Position numbers and translations under genes: made by a program
From: a virus
Taxonomy: Duplodnaviria; Caudoviricetes
Length of the DNA stretch: 36,750 bases
IMG/VR virus record: IMGVR_UViG_3300032024_000036
Location: 1 to 36,750 of that record
Direction: 5' to 3' (one strand)
Notes under the pieces: model-generated
What the model saw: only the letters and a program-made list of their open reading frames with translations
Databases searched by the model: none
What the model was told of the DNA's origin: nothing
In this document: positions 18,246-27,309 of the stretch, piece after piece
Layout of the letters: the number at the start of each line of letters is the position of its first letter
Position numbering within the stretch: position 1 is the stretch's first letter

Positions 18246-20403
18246 TTTCGGACCAGAGGCTACCAATGTCTCTGATATCCCTTCCGCCCAGACCCCTAAA
18301 GAAGGTATCACAAGGCAACCTATTTTCTTGCAAGGGATTGGTGATATCTTTGGGCAAGCGGCTAGTCTCATTGAAAACAACAAGAAAAGTAAGCAAAGCC
18401 AGATCGTGGCAGACTTCACTCAGAGACAATTACTTGTCTCTGAGGCCCTTTCTCAGGGTAGGATCAAATCCAGCGCCCACGCTCAGACCCTATTAAGAAA
18501 AAACCTGATGGATGCCATTGAGGCTAATCCGGCGTTATTGGGGGATTTTCTTGAGAGCCAGAAATCCATCACAGGTATTGCTGGTGCTGCCGATAATGTG
18601 AAAGACGGTACACAAGAAGAGCAGCGAAGAAATGCACTTGCTGATCAACTTGTTGCAGATGGTAGAATTGCACCTGATGCTAATGATAATCAAATTGATG
18701 TTGCAATCAATACTTTCAGGTTGGAACAAGAGGTGCTCAGGAGGCATCAACTTGTAAACCAAACTCTAGATGAAGAGTCCAAATCGCTTGATATCTCAAG
18801 CAAAAGGCGCAAAGAAATTGAGGAACAAAGAAAAACCATTGCACAAAGCACTGCATTTGATATTTCTGGTTCGCAGTTTGAACGTGTAAAAAACAGGCTT
18901 GGGGAGATTCTGAGCAGCGATTTGGCAGAAGAAGATAAACTTGTTGCTGTAGAAGATTTTGAAGCAGAGTTCAAAAGTCAGGCTACTGGTCTTCTCAGCC
19001 CATTGAGTAGTACGGAGATATCCACATTCTTGACACCCTTTGATAATGTGTTTACAAACTTCAAGCGTAGGGTGACAGGGGAACTAAGTGACGACGCATT
19101 AAAAAGGGATAATGAACGTGTAATCGCGGTGGCCACGAATGAGGCACTAAAAGACCCGGTTATTCGTAATCTTGTTCTTGCAAGTAGGCTCGGTGGGGAC
19201 TCTATCTTTAGTAACGTACTAGTCAAATCCAATCCAGCAGTTACTGATGCTTTTGTTAAATTTATTGCTGGCACTACTCCTGATGGTGGCACCCTACCCC
19301 CTTCCCCATTTTCAGATGATATAAGTGTTAAAAAGGGTGTTGAACTTGGACTCAACGCCATACTTCGTGGAATCCAGTCTTCCGACCCAGAGTTGGCAGC
19401 AGAGTCAGAAGAACGTCTAAAGATTATTCTGAGTTCCATTGAAGATTACCAAGGGTTCCTATCCACAGCCGATGACAAAACCAAGGTCAAACGTGCGAAG
19501 GAAATAGTTAATTGGGTAGCTAGTAGTGAATTTGCCGACCTAAGAATTTCTCGCCCAGATTTGTTTGAGAATGTGGACGCTGTTGCTGATATTATAAACA
19601 GGTCTTATTTTAACCAAGTCTTTGGTATGGTCAAGAAGGAGTTCAGGGAAAGCAGTGTCGTACGAGAATCTGTCAACCCCGAGTCTGGACCATTTACACC
19701 ATTTGTACCCAAGATTTTGAGAGAGGGAACTCCTACCCCAGATAATGTGGGGGCCAGGGCAATTGATGGTGGCATGGAGTTCTTCGCAATTAACCCGGCC
19801 GATGATCAGGCCAGGTTTAAAGCCCAGTCCTTAAACAAGGACTTAAAACCAATCATCAACACCACCCTCAAAGCCATGTCTCACCTCGAAGGTAACAAGA
19901 ACTACCGGCAAAAGTGGGAACAGGTTGCAAATGATATCCTTAGTGGTGGGGAGACTGGGACAGGCCCACAAAATGTGGACTCGCCCGATACTGTTGGGGA
20001 CAGCCTGTCATTGAGTGATTTCCGTAGTGGAACTCCATTACCTGCAAGATTTGAAAAGAATATTGACACTACTGCCAAGACAGCCTTTGAAACTCTGTCT
20101 TCCAACTTCACGGGAGATTTTGCAGTGATTTCAGGGTTTAGATCATCAGAAGAAAATACCAGAGTGGGGGGTGCCCAAGGTTCACAACACTTGCATGGCA
20201 AGGCTTTTGATATTGATGTGTCCAACATGAGTACAGACGAGCGTGTTGGCCTCATTCGAGCGGCCAGGAATGCCGGATTCAATGGTATTGGTGTATATGA
20301 AAATTCCTTGCATCTTGACGTAGGGGCTAAAAGGGCTTGGGGGCCGAGCTTCAAGAAAGAATCCATACCAACTTGGGCCAAAGGGGTCTTAAATGAGAAT
20401 TGA
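18235..20403 (+). CDS. Internal virion protein with C-terminal peptidase M15-like domain
   Basis: C-terminal SGFRS...SQHLHGKAFDI...GIGVY...LHLDVG matches M15 Zn ligands (H-x6-D...H). Start moved to ATG 18235 (GAGGA RBS). Confidence 0.8.
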   Translation: MATNFGPEATNVSDIPSAQTPKEGITRQPIFLQGIGDIFGQAASLIENNKKSKQSQIVADFTQRQLLVSEALSQGRIKSSAHAQTLLRKNLMDAIEANPALLGDFLESQKSITGIAGAADNVKDGTQEEQRRNALADQLVADGRIAPDANDNQIDVAINTFRLEQEVLRRHQLVNQTLDEESKSLDISSKRRKEIEEQRKTIAQSTAFDISGSQFERVKNRLGEILSSDLAEEDKLVAVEDFEAEFKSQATGLLSPLSSTEISTFLTPFDNVFTNFKRRVTGELSDDALKRDNERVIAVATNEALKDPVIRNLVLASRLGGDSIFSNVLVKSNPAVTDAFVKFIAGTTPDGGTLPPSPFSDDISVKKGVELGLNAILRGIQSSDPELAAESEERLKIILSSIEDYQGFLSTADDKTKVKRAKEIVNWVASSEFADLRISRPDLFENVDAVADIINRSYFNQVFGMVKKEFRESSVVRESVNPESGPFTPFVPKILREGTPTPDNVGARAIDGGMEFFAINPADDQARFKAQSLNKDLKPIINTTLKAMSHLEGNKNYRQKWEQVANDILSGGETGTGPQNVDSPDTVGDSLSLSDFRSGTPLPARFEKNIDTTAKTAFETLSSNFTGDFAVISGFRSSEENTRVGGAQGSQHLHGKAFDIDVSNMSTDERVGLIRAARNAGFNGIGVYENSLHLDVGAKRAWGPSFKKESIPTWAKGVLNEN

Positions 20404-20998
20404 AAACACACACCTGATTAAAGAGTCTGAGAGTCTACGTCTTCAGGCTTACTTACCCACTCCAAATGATGTCCCAACTATTGGATACGGCCACATCAAA
20501 AATGTAAAACTCGGTATGACTATTACCAAAGATGAGGCCGAACAGTTTCTTCGTGATGACTTGGCTTGGGTGGATAAAGCTTTGGACTCCCTTGTCAAGG
20601 TTCCACTCAATCAATCGCAATACGATGCGTTGGGATCACTTGTGTTTAATATTGGGGAGGGGCAGTTCAGAAATTCTACTCTTCTTCGTAAACTGAATGA
20701 GAAAGATTATGCAGGGGCCGCTGACCAATTCCTGAGATGGGATAAGCAACGTAACAAGAAAACTGGTCAGATGGAAGTTCTGAAAGGTCTCACCATTAGG
20801 AGGGGTAAGGAGAGGTCATTATTCCTCTCCCCCCCGACTAAAGGTGCGCCAGAGGCCGTAGGAGGCTCACTGGCTGGCTCTGGGGCTGTAGTGGCTACCC
20901 TACTGGCCCAAGATGCTACATGGCCTGTAGTGGCTATTGTAGGGGCTGTGGTGGGGTTAGTCCTCTTCTTGGCTATCAAACAGTTAAAGAAAGATTGA
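20393..20998 (+). CDS. Lysozyme (GH24) endolysin with C-terminal hydrophobic segment
   Basis: ESLRLQAY...TIGYGH, QYDALGSLVFNIG, STLLRKLN and GLTIRR..ERSLF motifs; tail WPVVAIVGAVVGLVLFLAIKQLKKD. Confidence 0.9.
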   Translation: MRIENTHLIKESESLRLQAYLPTPNDVPTIGYGHIKNVKLGMTITKDEAEQFLRDDLAWVDKALDSLVKVPLNQSQYDALGSLVFNIGEGQFRNSTLLRKLNEKDYAGAADQFLRWDKQRNKKTGQMEVLKGLTIRRGKERSLFLSPPTKGAPEAVGGSLAGSGAVVATLLAQDATWPVVAIVGAVVGLVLFLAIKQLKKD

Positions 20999-21000
20999 AC

Positions 21001-22755
21001 ATGAGTAAGATTGGAACATTAACAGACATAGCAGCTATTTTGTCTGCCGCAACTGCTATCAATTCCAACTACAATACTATTGAGGCAGCCTTCGATAACA
21101 CCCTATCCAGGGATGGTTCCGCCCCAAACCAGATGAATGCCGATTTGGACTTGAATAGTAATGACCTTCTGAATGTTAGAAACATCAACGTCCAGGGTTT
21201 GACTATCGGTGGTAGCCCCATTTTAACGGAGTCTTCAGCCACATTACTACTTGCACCCTTTGCATCCCGTGCTCTCGCACAATCTGCCAATATTGACACA
21301 TCCGTTGTATCAATAGGGGTTGTATCTGGCACACACATTGTGGAGTATAAACGAGACCCGGCTGGTACAGCCCTTATTACGGCAGACGGGGGAACGTGGT
21401 CCCCAATTGGAAATGTCAGGCCGGAGCATTGGGGGGCCACAGGTGATGGTGTGGCCGACGACAAGGCTGCCTTTGATGCCCTTGAAGCCTTCGGGAAACA
21501 AGCGTGGTTATCCGGCACTTATCGCTTGAGTGCCCATCCAGAGCCGCGCAACATTACCTATGTCCTTGAAACAAGTGCGTCTGTCAGTGTTGACGGCAGC
21601 AAATGGTTCCCACGCATGTTCAGCGAGACCGGACCGACCGTGCGGGGTGATCACATCAACTATGCGACCAATGATCCGTCACCAGTCATCGTTGGCGCCG
21701 AGTATGTGGAACTGCCCAACAGCCATATCTGGCGGGGGGAGTTGGTAAACTGGTGGGGCGCGCAACATGCGGATGTGAACGACAATACGAAGGGGCGAAC
21801 GGCAGTCGAGGCGATGCGCATCAACATGCAGCACCGCGGCGAAGGTGATGCTTACGCCATGAGCCTGAACGGGATTGCGTTACGACACCCACGCTTCGCA
21901 GAAATTACGTCAGTCAAGGGTCAGAACAACATCGGTATGGGCGGCGGCCAGATGAACGCCGGCACCGATCAGGTCACGCTCTATGGCTGGGGTGATGTGG
22001 TGTTACATGATCAAGGCTTTGACAATGTGGCGCTGCGCGGACATGTCATTTTGCTTCACGCCAATGGCGCCGACACCCTCGGCTATACCGTGGATCGCTT
22101 CGGCTACATGATTGACAGCCGGGGCGCCAACGATATCGCCGGTGGCTTCATCGCTCGCGGCAATATGCGCGCGGCCATCGACACGACCGGGGCCACGCTG
22201 TCGGGCGGGGCATCGCTTGTCACCAAGGCCGGGCAGGCGGTGTATTTCGACGCATCGGGAGCCACCACACAAACCGGATATGTCGCACCAGTCCTCGGCA
22301 CCTACTCCATCGGCAAGGACGCTGCCCTTCCACAACTTGACATCACGGCGAACGGCAGCACCCTGCGGCTACTCGATAACCACGCCGAATTGCGTCCTAG
22401 CGTCGCGAACAACGAAGCGCTGCAGGTCCATGAGGCCGCAGGCGGCGCTCGATATGCTGCGCTGGCGCAATCTGGTAGCATCACGCAACTGACCGCGCGT
22501 GATCCGGGGGCGGGAAGCACGATCATGGCGCTGCGCACGACGCAGGCCGGGGTTGTAAATGATCGGTTGACAATTGACGGCTTGGGCAACGTCAACCTTC
22601 CCGCCGCATCCGCCACTGTTGGACTGAGAGCGGCTGGCACCAAGGTCGTTGGTGTGCAGCAGGCGGCCATTCCTGACGCGATTGGTGGAACGGAAATCGC
22701 CACAATCAACAGCATCCTTGCTGCATTACGGGCGCATGGCCTGATTGCAACTTGA
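21001..22755 (+). CDS. Tail fibre/tailspike 1 (beta-helix, pectate-lyase-3-like start)
   Basis: Start moved to ATG 21001 to match its paralog. Anchor NTLSRDGSAPNQM; VRPEHWGATGDGVADD motif; C-terminal INSILAALRAHGLI. Confidence 0.8.
   Translation: MSKIGTLTDIAAILSAATAINSNYNTIEAAFDNTLSRDGSAPNQMNADLDLNSNDLLNVRNINVQGLTIGGSPILTESSATLLLAPFASRALAQSANIDTSVVSIGVVSGTHIVEYKRDPAGTALITADGGTWSPIGNVRPEHWGATGDGVADDKAAFDALEAFGKQAWLSGTYRLSAHPEPRNITYVLETSASVSVDGSKWFPRMFSETGPTVRGDHINYATNDPSPVIVGAEYVELPNSHIWRGELVNWWGAQHADVNDNTKGRTAVEAMRINMQHRGEGDAYAMSLNGIALRHPRFAEITSVKGQNNIGMGGGQMNAGTDQVTLYGWGDVVLHDQGFDNVALRGHVILLHANGADTLGYTVDRFGYMIDSRGANDIAGGFIARGNMRAAIDTTGATLSGGASLVTKAGQAVYFDASGATTQTGYVAPVLGTYSIGKDAALPQLDITANGSTLRLLDNHAELRPSVANNEALQVHEAAGGARYAALAQSGSITQLTARDPGAGSTIMALRTTQAGVVNDRLTIDGLGNVNLPAASATVGLRAAGTKVVGVQQAAIPDAIGGTEIATINSILAALRAHGLIAT
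21042..21135 (+). repeat. Direct repeat copy 1 (94 bp, 4 mismatches to copy 2; 52-bp identical core 21084-21135)
   Basis: Manual alignment with 22827-22920. Confidence 0.92.
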
Positions 22756-22785
22756 CATTCGTGAACAAACAGAGAAAGATAAGAT

Positions 22786-24108
22786 ATGAGCAAGATTGGA
22801 GTATTGACGGATGTAACAGTTATCCCGTCTGCCGCAATTGCCATCAATTCCAACTACGATACTATTGTGGCAGCCTTCGATAACACCCTATCCAGGGATG
22901 GTTCCGCCCCAAACCAGATGGAGGCAGATATTGATCTCAATAACAACGACCTACTTAATGTTAATGTAGTAAACTGCGAAGTATTAAAGGTCAACGGAAC
23001 GGATGTCACTTCTGATGTAACTAACGTAGCTAGTATAGCAGCAACAGCAGTAGTAGCAGCGGGGAGTGCTGCCGCGTCCGCTGGCGAAGCTGCTGCATCA
23101 GCTTCACTCGTTGCAGGGATTCAGGATAATCTACCTGAGTGGAGGGGGGGGTGGATTGTAAGTACCCCCTACTCATTGGGAGATTTGGTGCATAGTAATG
23201 GTAGTACCTATATTTGCACATTCAGTCATATATCCACCAATTTTAGCAATGAACTTGGTTTAGGGTATTGGGAACTGTTTGCATCACAAGGTTTGCCGGG
23301 GGCTGGCACTGGGAATGTTGTTGCAGCCAATGCTGGATTGGAATATATATCAGTTGCTGGGACATTTCGTAATAGTGTCTCTGCAATGTTACGAGCCATT
23401 CTCAAGCGTTCTGGTCTGAACCTGGCCACTGATCTCACACTTGATACCAGCATTTATAACTCTGACGGGACAAACACCAATGGTCCGCCTGGAAATGTTG
23501 ACGGGGACAGTTTTGTTTCCTCCAAGATTGACACATCCAACTACAACTATCTTTGGTGGGGTAATTCAAAGGCGTGGTTGGGAAGACGTATTGCAAATGT
23601 TAATACCTGGGTAAAGTTATTCACGGCTGCGGACGCATCCGGTGCAGGTGGGTTTGTAGCTACCCTTGTAACAAAGCCCGTGGTCGGTGACAACTTGAAA
23701 CTTGCCAGATTTGATGGTGCAGGTAATATATCCCCTGGGCCACTCATTCTTAACCAAGAGGATATGTTGAGTGACAGCACAGTCAATGTTCCCACACAAC
23801 ACTCTGTAAAATTCTTTGTTGAACGAAAAGCTGGTACCAATCGTTCTTGGAAAAATATGCTAGGTTCCAGATTGGCCAATACATCCTACCAAAACACTAC
23901 TGGTGGACCTATCCAAGTAGTTATTACTGGTTCCACGAGTGTTGATAGAGAAATTCAAGCATCAACCGATAACATCAATTGGGTTAGGGTAGGGATACTT
24001 CGTGCCAATCATGCCTCTCAAGGTCAGAGCTTCACTGTAGAAAATGGTCACTACTACCGTATATTTGGCACTATAACCGCAATTGGTACATGGTCCGAGT
24101 TAAGATAA
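22786..24108 (+). CDS. Tail fibre 2 with CBM5/12-like module
   Basis: Same N-terminal anchor as fibre 1; W...Y..GDLV...GSTYIC...H module; C-terminal W...R.....YQNTTGGPI...YYRI...WSELR fibre-tip-type domain. Confidence 0.8.
   Translation: MSKIGVLTDVTVIPSAAIAINSNYDTIVAAFDNTLSRDGSAPNQMEADIDLNNNDLLNVNVVNCEVLKVNGTDVTSDVTNVASIAATAVVAAGSAAASAGEAAASASLVAGIQDNLPEWRGGWIVSTPYSLGDLVHSNGSTYICTFSHISTNFSNELGLGYWELFASQGLPGAGTGNVVAANAGLEYISVAGTFRNSVSAMLRAILKRSGLNLATDLTLDTSIYNSDGTNTNGPPGNVDGDSFVSSKIDTSNYNYLWWGNSKAWLGRRIANVNTWVKLFTAADASGAGGFVATLVTKPVVGDNLKLARFDGAGNISPGPLILNQEDMLSDSTVNVPTQHSVKFFVERKAGTNRSWKNMLGSRLANTSYQNTTGGPIQVVITGSTSVDREIQASTDNINWVRVGILRANHASQGQSFTVENGHYYRIFGTITAIGTWSELR
22827..22920 (+). repeat. 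Direct repeat copy 2 (52-bp identical core 22869-22920)
   Basis: Manual alignment with 21042-21135. Confidence 0.92.
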
Positions 24109-24323
24109 TGCTCAATGATTTTATCAAATACACAAGTGGTATGCAAGACAGCAACAAATGGGTAGTTGACGGTCTGAGTGTGATGACTACAGTAGCGGCA
24201 GTATTTAAATTCCTTCCAGCGATTGCCACCTTGTTCACTATTATCTGGACTGGCATTCGTATTTACGAAACAAAAACAGTCCAAAAACTATTAAGGAGGA
24301 ATAAAAATGTGGGAAAAGATTAA
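24108..24323 (+). CDS. Putative holin-like membrane protein
   Basis: TAATG overlap with the fibre 2 stop; hydrophobic LPAIATLFTIIWTGIRIYE followed by a basic tail. Confidence 0.6.
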   Translation: MLNDFIKYTSGMQDSNKWVVDGLSVMTTVAAVFKFLPAIATLFTIIWTGIRIYETKTVQKLLRRNKNVGKD

Positions 24324-24510
24324 ACCTTATGCAAAAGGCTGGCGCACCGTAATCTTCAACGCATGTGCAATGTTGTTATCGATTGCATCTCTTGCGGAGT
24401 GGAACAGTGTGCTACCAAAAGAATGGTGGCCATATTATGTTCTTGGTCTTAGTATGGCTAACATTCTCTTGCGCAGTGTTACTAACACTGACATGGGTAA
24501 ACACAAATAA
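24307..24510 (+). CDS. Small two-TM membrane protein (holin-like)
   Basis: 67 aa, two hydrophobic stretches, AGGAGG RBS, last gene before the terminator. Confidence 0.55.
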   Translation: MWEKIKPYAKGWRTVIFNACAMLLSIASLAEWNSVLPKEWWPYYVLGLSMANILLRSVTNTDMGKHK

Positions 24511-24511
24511 T

Positions 24512-24551
24512 AGAAAAGGGGCGCCCAGAAATGGGACGCCCCTTCTTTTTT
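24512..24551. terminator. Rho-independent terminator between the convergent arms, probably bidirectional
   Basis: agaaaa-ggggcgccca-gaaa-tgggacgcccc-ttctttttt: GC stem with an A-tract before and a T-tract after. Confidence 0.88.
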
Positions 24552-24606
24552 GTCTGGTAGCTGATAATCTATCTAACCATGGCTACCATGCATGGAGATA
24601 TCAGAA

Positions 24607-24969
24607 TCACCGCCTTTCAAAGGGACGAGTAAGCATATACGCTCCAATAACAGTGACGACAACCCAGTTCACGAATGAACCGGGGTCTGGGGTAACACCC
24701 CATCCTAATATCGTGTCCCATACGATAAGTTTCCAAATGTACGCGACAACAGGGGCAGCAATAGCAGGACGCACCCAAGCGGTCCATAATCGCTGCTGTT
24801 CAGCAATCAAAACTGATTGCTGCGCTTGGAGATGGGCAATATAACCGTCCATCGCCAATTTCTTTTCCGAGGTTTCAGCGTTAAGTCTCATCGCATAAGC
24901 TTCTTTGAGCTTACCCGACAAGTCTTGCAAGACACCACTACCAAGGAAATTAAATATTAATCCGAGCAC
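24607..24969 (-). CDS. Putative holin (GTA 3TM-holin-like)
   Basis: GTG start with AGGAG RBS overlapping the RNR end; W..WVRP motif, two C-terminal hydrophobic helices, RPFERR end resembling the 3TM holin family. Confidence 0.55.
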   Translation of the reverse strand: MLGLIFNFLGSGVLQDLSGKLKEAYAMRLNAETSEKKLAMDGYIAHLQAQQSVLIAEQQRLWTAWVRPAIAAPVVAYIWKLIVWDTILGWGVTPDPGSFVNWVVVTVIGAYMLTRPFERR

Positions 24970-26690
24970 GATTTTTCTCCTGTGAGGGGGTCAATAAAAC
25001 AAGCTGCATCAGAAGAATCTTCTTGTACAACTTTCATTACTTCCCCACGAGTTTTGATAGAAGCCGGACGAAAAGTGGTACAACCACTGGCCCCACCGAT
25101 ATATGCCTTCATGTAAAGTTCCTTGAAGTCATCAAAGGTAACATCATTACCAACATTACAAGTTTTGGAGCAAGCACTATCAACCAGCTTACTCGCCTCA
25201 CACAGCACTTGGATATGCTCATCTGCGGACAGTTTGTTTGAAGTTACACCTTTTACCCCATAGTTGTCGTAAGCATAATCCATCACATCCCACCATTTGA
25301 TATCACCATTTGGCATAATTGTCCTACGTTTGTAGGTGAGTGAAAACGGTGGTTCAATGCCAGAAGAGATATTACCAGCAAAGAGGCTGATGGTGCCCGT
25401 TGGGGCAATGGACAGCAGATGAGAATTCCGGATTCCGTGTTTAGCGATGCCTTCGCGGATGTCTGTTGGCATGTCACGAATGAGTTGCCCGTTAAGGTAT
25501 TCTTCCTTATTCAGGGCGGGGAACGCCCCCTTCTCTTCGGCAAGAGTAACAGAAGTTCTGTATGCAAAATCCCTTAACGTGGTAAGTACATCTTTCATGA
25601 ACTCAATCATACCATGTGAACCATAGGACAAACCCATGATCTCAGCAGTATTTGCTAGACCAGTAATACCAATCCCCATCCTACGTTTGGATTTTGCTTC
25701 CAGTTTTTGGTCCAACAACGGGTAAATAGTATTGTCAATCACGTTGTCCATCATACGAATGATGGGTGGGATATCCATTTCAAATTGTGTATTGTCAAAT
25801 TGATAGCCAAATGGGCCACAATCAATGATATACTTAGTTAGATTAAATGAACCCAGTAGACATGCACCATTAGGTGGTAGTGGCTGCTCACCACACGGGT
25901 TAGTTGTAGTAATATTTTCACAATAGTATAAATTATTTTTGTTGTTAATTGTATCAATGAACAGCACACCGGGTTCTGCATGAGACCAAGTACTACGCAT
26001 GATCTTATTCCATAAGTATCTTGCTTTGACTGACCTATAAATTTGTGAGTTAAAGACCAAATCAAACATGGTGTCATTTTTCACAGCAGACATGAACTTG
26101 TCTGTGATGGTAACACTGATATTGAAATTGGTAAGTTTCCCAGGTGTGCGCTTGGCGTCGATAAACTCTTCAATGTCTGGGTGATCCACACGGAGAACAC
26201 CCATCATAGCCCCACGACGATTACCCGCTGAAGCAATAGTAGCACACATAGTATCCCATACTTGCATATAAGAAACAGGCCCAGACGCCCCAGAACCGTT
26301 TGATTTGATTATGGTACCACGGGGCCTGATAGTACTAAAATCAAACCCGTCCCCACCACCAAAACCCATGGTCTCCGCTGCTTCCTGTAATCTCTGGAAG
26401 ATACCTAAACGACTGTCCTCAATGACTCCACTGACATAACAATTAAATGCTGTGGTTTGTCTGGCTGTCCCAACGGAAGCTTGAATACGTCCAGCAGGTA
26501 AGAATCGCTGTTCCCTAAGAATTGGTAGAATAGTGTTGAAATGCTCGTCAGTGTCTTTCAATGTACCCGCGATACGGGCCATTGCATCCCTATGTAGTTC
26601 GTTACCCTCCAAGTACTTTGGGTTACATACAACTTCAATTACCCTGTCAATTTCGTTTGTCAGGTTTGTTGGCTTATAATGCGATGCCAT
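24957..26690 (-). CDS. nrdJ: Ribonucleotide reductase class II (adenosylcobalamin-dependent)
   Basis: FLPAGRI, FNCYV, RRGAMMG, TNPCGEQPL..NGACLLGS, IAPTGTIS, C-terminal Cys pair; no beta subunit gene nearby. Confidence 0.88.
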   Translation of the reverse strand: MASHYKPTNLTNEIDRVIEVVCNPKYLEGNELHRDAMARIAGTLKDTDEHFNTILPILREQRFLPAGRIQASVGTARQTTAFNCYVSGVIEDSRLGIFQRLQEAAETMGFGGGDGFDFSTIRPRGTIIKSNGSGASGPVSYMQVWDTMCATIASAGNRRGAMMGVLRVDHPDIEEFIDAKRTPGKLTNFNISVTITDKFMSAVKNDTMFDLVFNSQIYRSVKARYLWNKIMRSTWSHAEPGVLFIDTINNKNNLYYCENITTTNPCGEQPLPPNGACLLGSFNLTKYIIDCGPFGYQFDNTQFEMDIPPIIRMMDNVIDNTIYPLLDQKLEAKSKRRMGIGITGLANTAEIMGLSYGSHGMIEFMKDVLTTLRDFAYRTSVTLAEEKGAFPALNKEEYLNGQLIRDMPTDIREGIAKHGIRNSHLLSIAPTGTISLFAGNISSGIEPPFSLTYKRRTIMPNGDIKWWDVMDYAYDNYGVKGVTSNKLSADEHIQVLCEASKLVDSACSKTCNVGNDVTFDDFKELYMKAYIGGASGCTTFRPASIKTRGEVMKVVQEDSSDAACFIDPLTGEKSCSD

Positions 26691-27309
26691 ATTGCTCCTT
26701 AAAATAATTGCCCCATTGCAGTGCCATTTGGATGGCGATATTCTGATAAGTTGTTGATCTTTCCTTCCCGCGTGTCTCTGATGGGCCTAATTTATTCTGG
26801 CCACTATCAGTTTGATTGGACCACCTCTCCACAATTTTTCCGTTGTGTGTGACCAATCTACCGGGGAATCTTTTTGTTGGTTCTAATGGCGGCAAGTTTT
26901 GCAGCCATAAACAGGTCTTTTTGGAGGCATCCTCATAAAATTGGTATGGCTGTATAATTTGACTTGGTTTACGAATTTTGGACGAGATACACCCAACCGG
27001 ATTTTCAAGGGCTATATGCTTTATAGGGGCGTTCAAAAGATAACTTACAAAATCCAGGGCTTCTGTAGTTTTTCCTTGTCGGGACGGGTTAGACTTATTC
27101 CAGTGTAGGCCGCTAACTGTCAGGTAGGTACATGGTGGATGGGCTATCATTAAATCCCACCCATCCCCTATAATGTCCCTGACATCCCCTAGATAATGTG
27201 GCCCCACTGATTCCGTAGGTAACAAGTCGCAAGACACCGCATCAAACCCCTCCCTGATAAATGCATCTCTGACTTTACCGCTATATTCACAAGCTACTAA
27301 TATCTTCAT
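26674..27309 (-). CDS. Short phage-type DNA cytosine methyltransferase
   Basis: ILVACEYSG N-terminus, WDLMIAHPPCT (catalytic PC) and LENPVG (motif VI-like). Confidence 0.75.
   Translation of the reverse strand: MKILVACEYSGKVRDAFIREGFDAVSCDLLPTESVGPHYLGDVRDIIGDGWDLMIAHPPCTYLTVSGLHWNKSNPSRQGKTTEALDFVSYLLNAPIKHIALENPVGCISSKIRKPSQIIQPYQFYEDASKKTCLWLQNLPPLEPTKRFPGRLVTHNGKIVERWSNQTDSGQNKLGPSETRGKERSTTYQNIAIQMALQWGNYFKEQYGIAL

Noticed and set aside
21042-22920. Diversity-generating retroelement or invertase shufflon
   Set aside because: No reverse transcriptase or invertase; the repeats are direct, at the N-terminal anchor, and the mismatches are not adenine-specific.
24365-24844. 159-aa + strand ORF crossing the terminator
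   Set aside because: It spans the terminator and overlaps better-supported genes on both strands.
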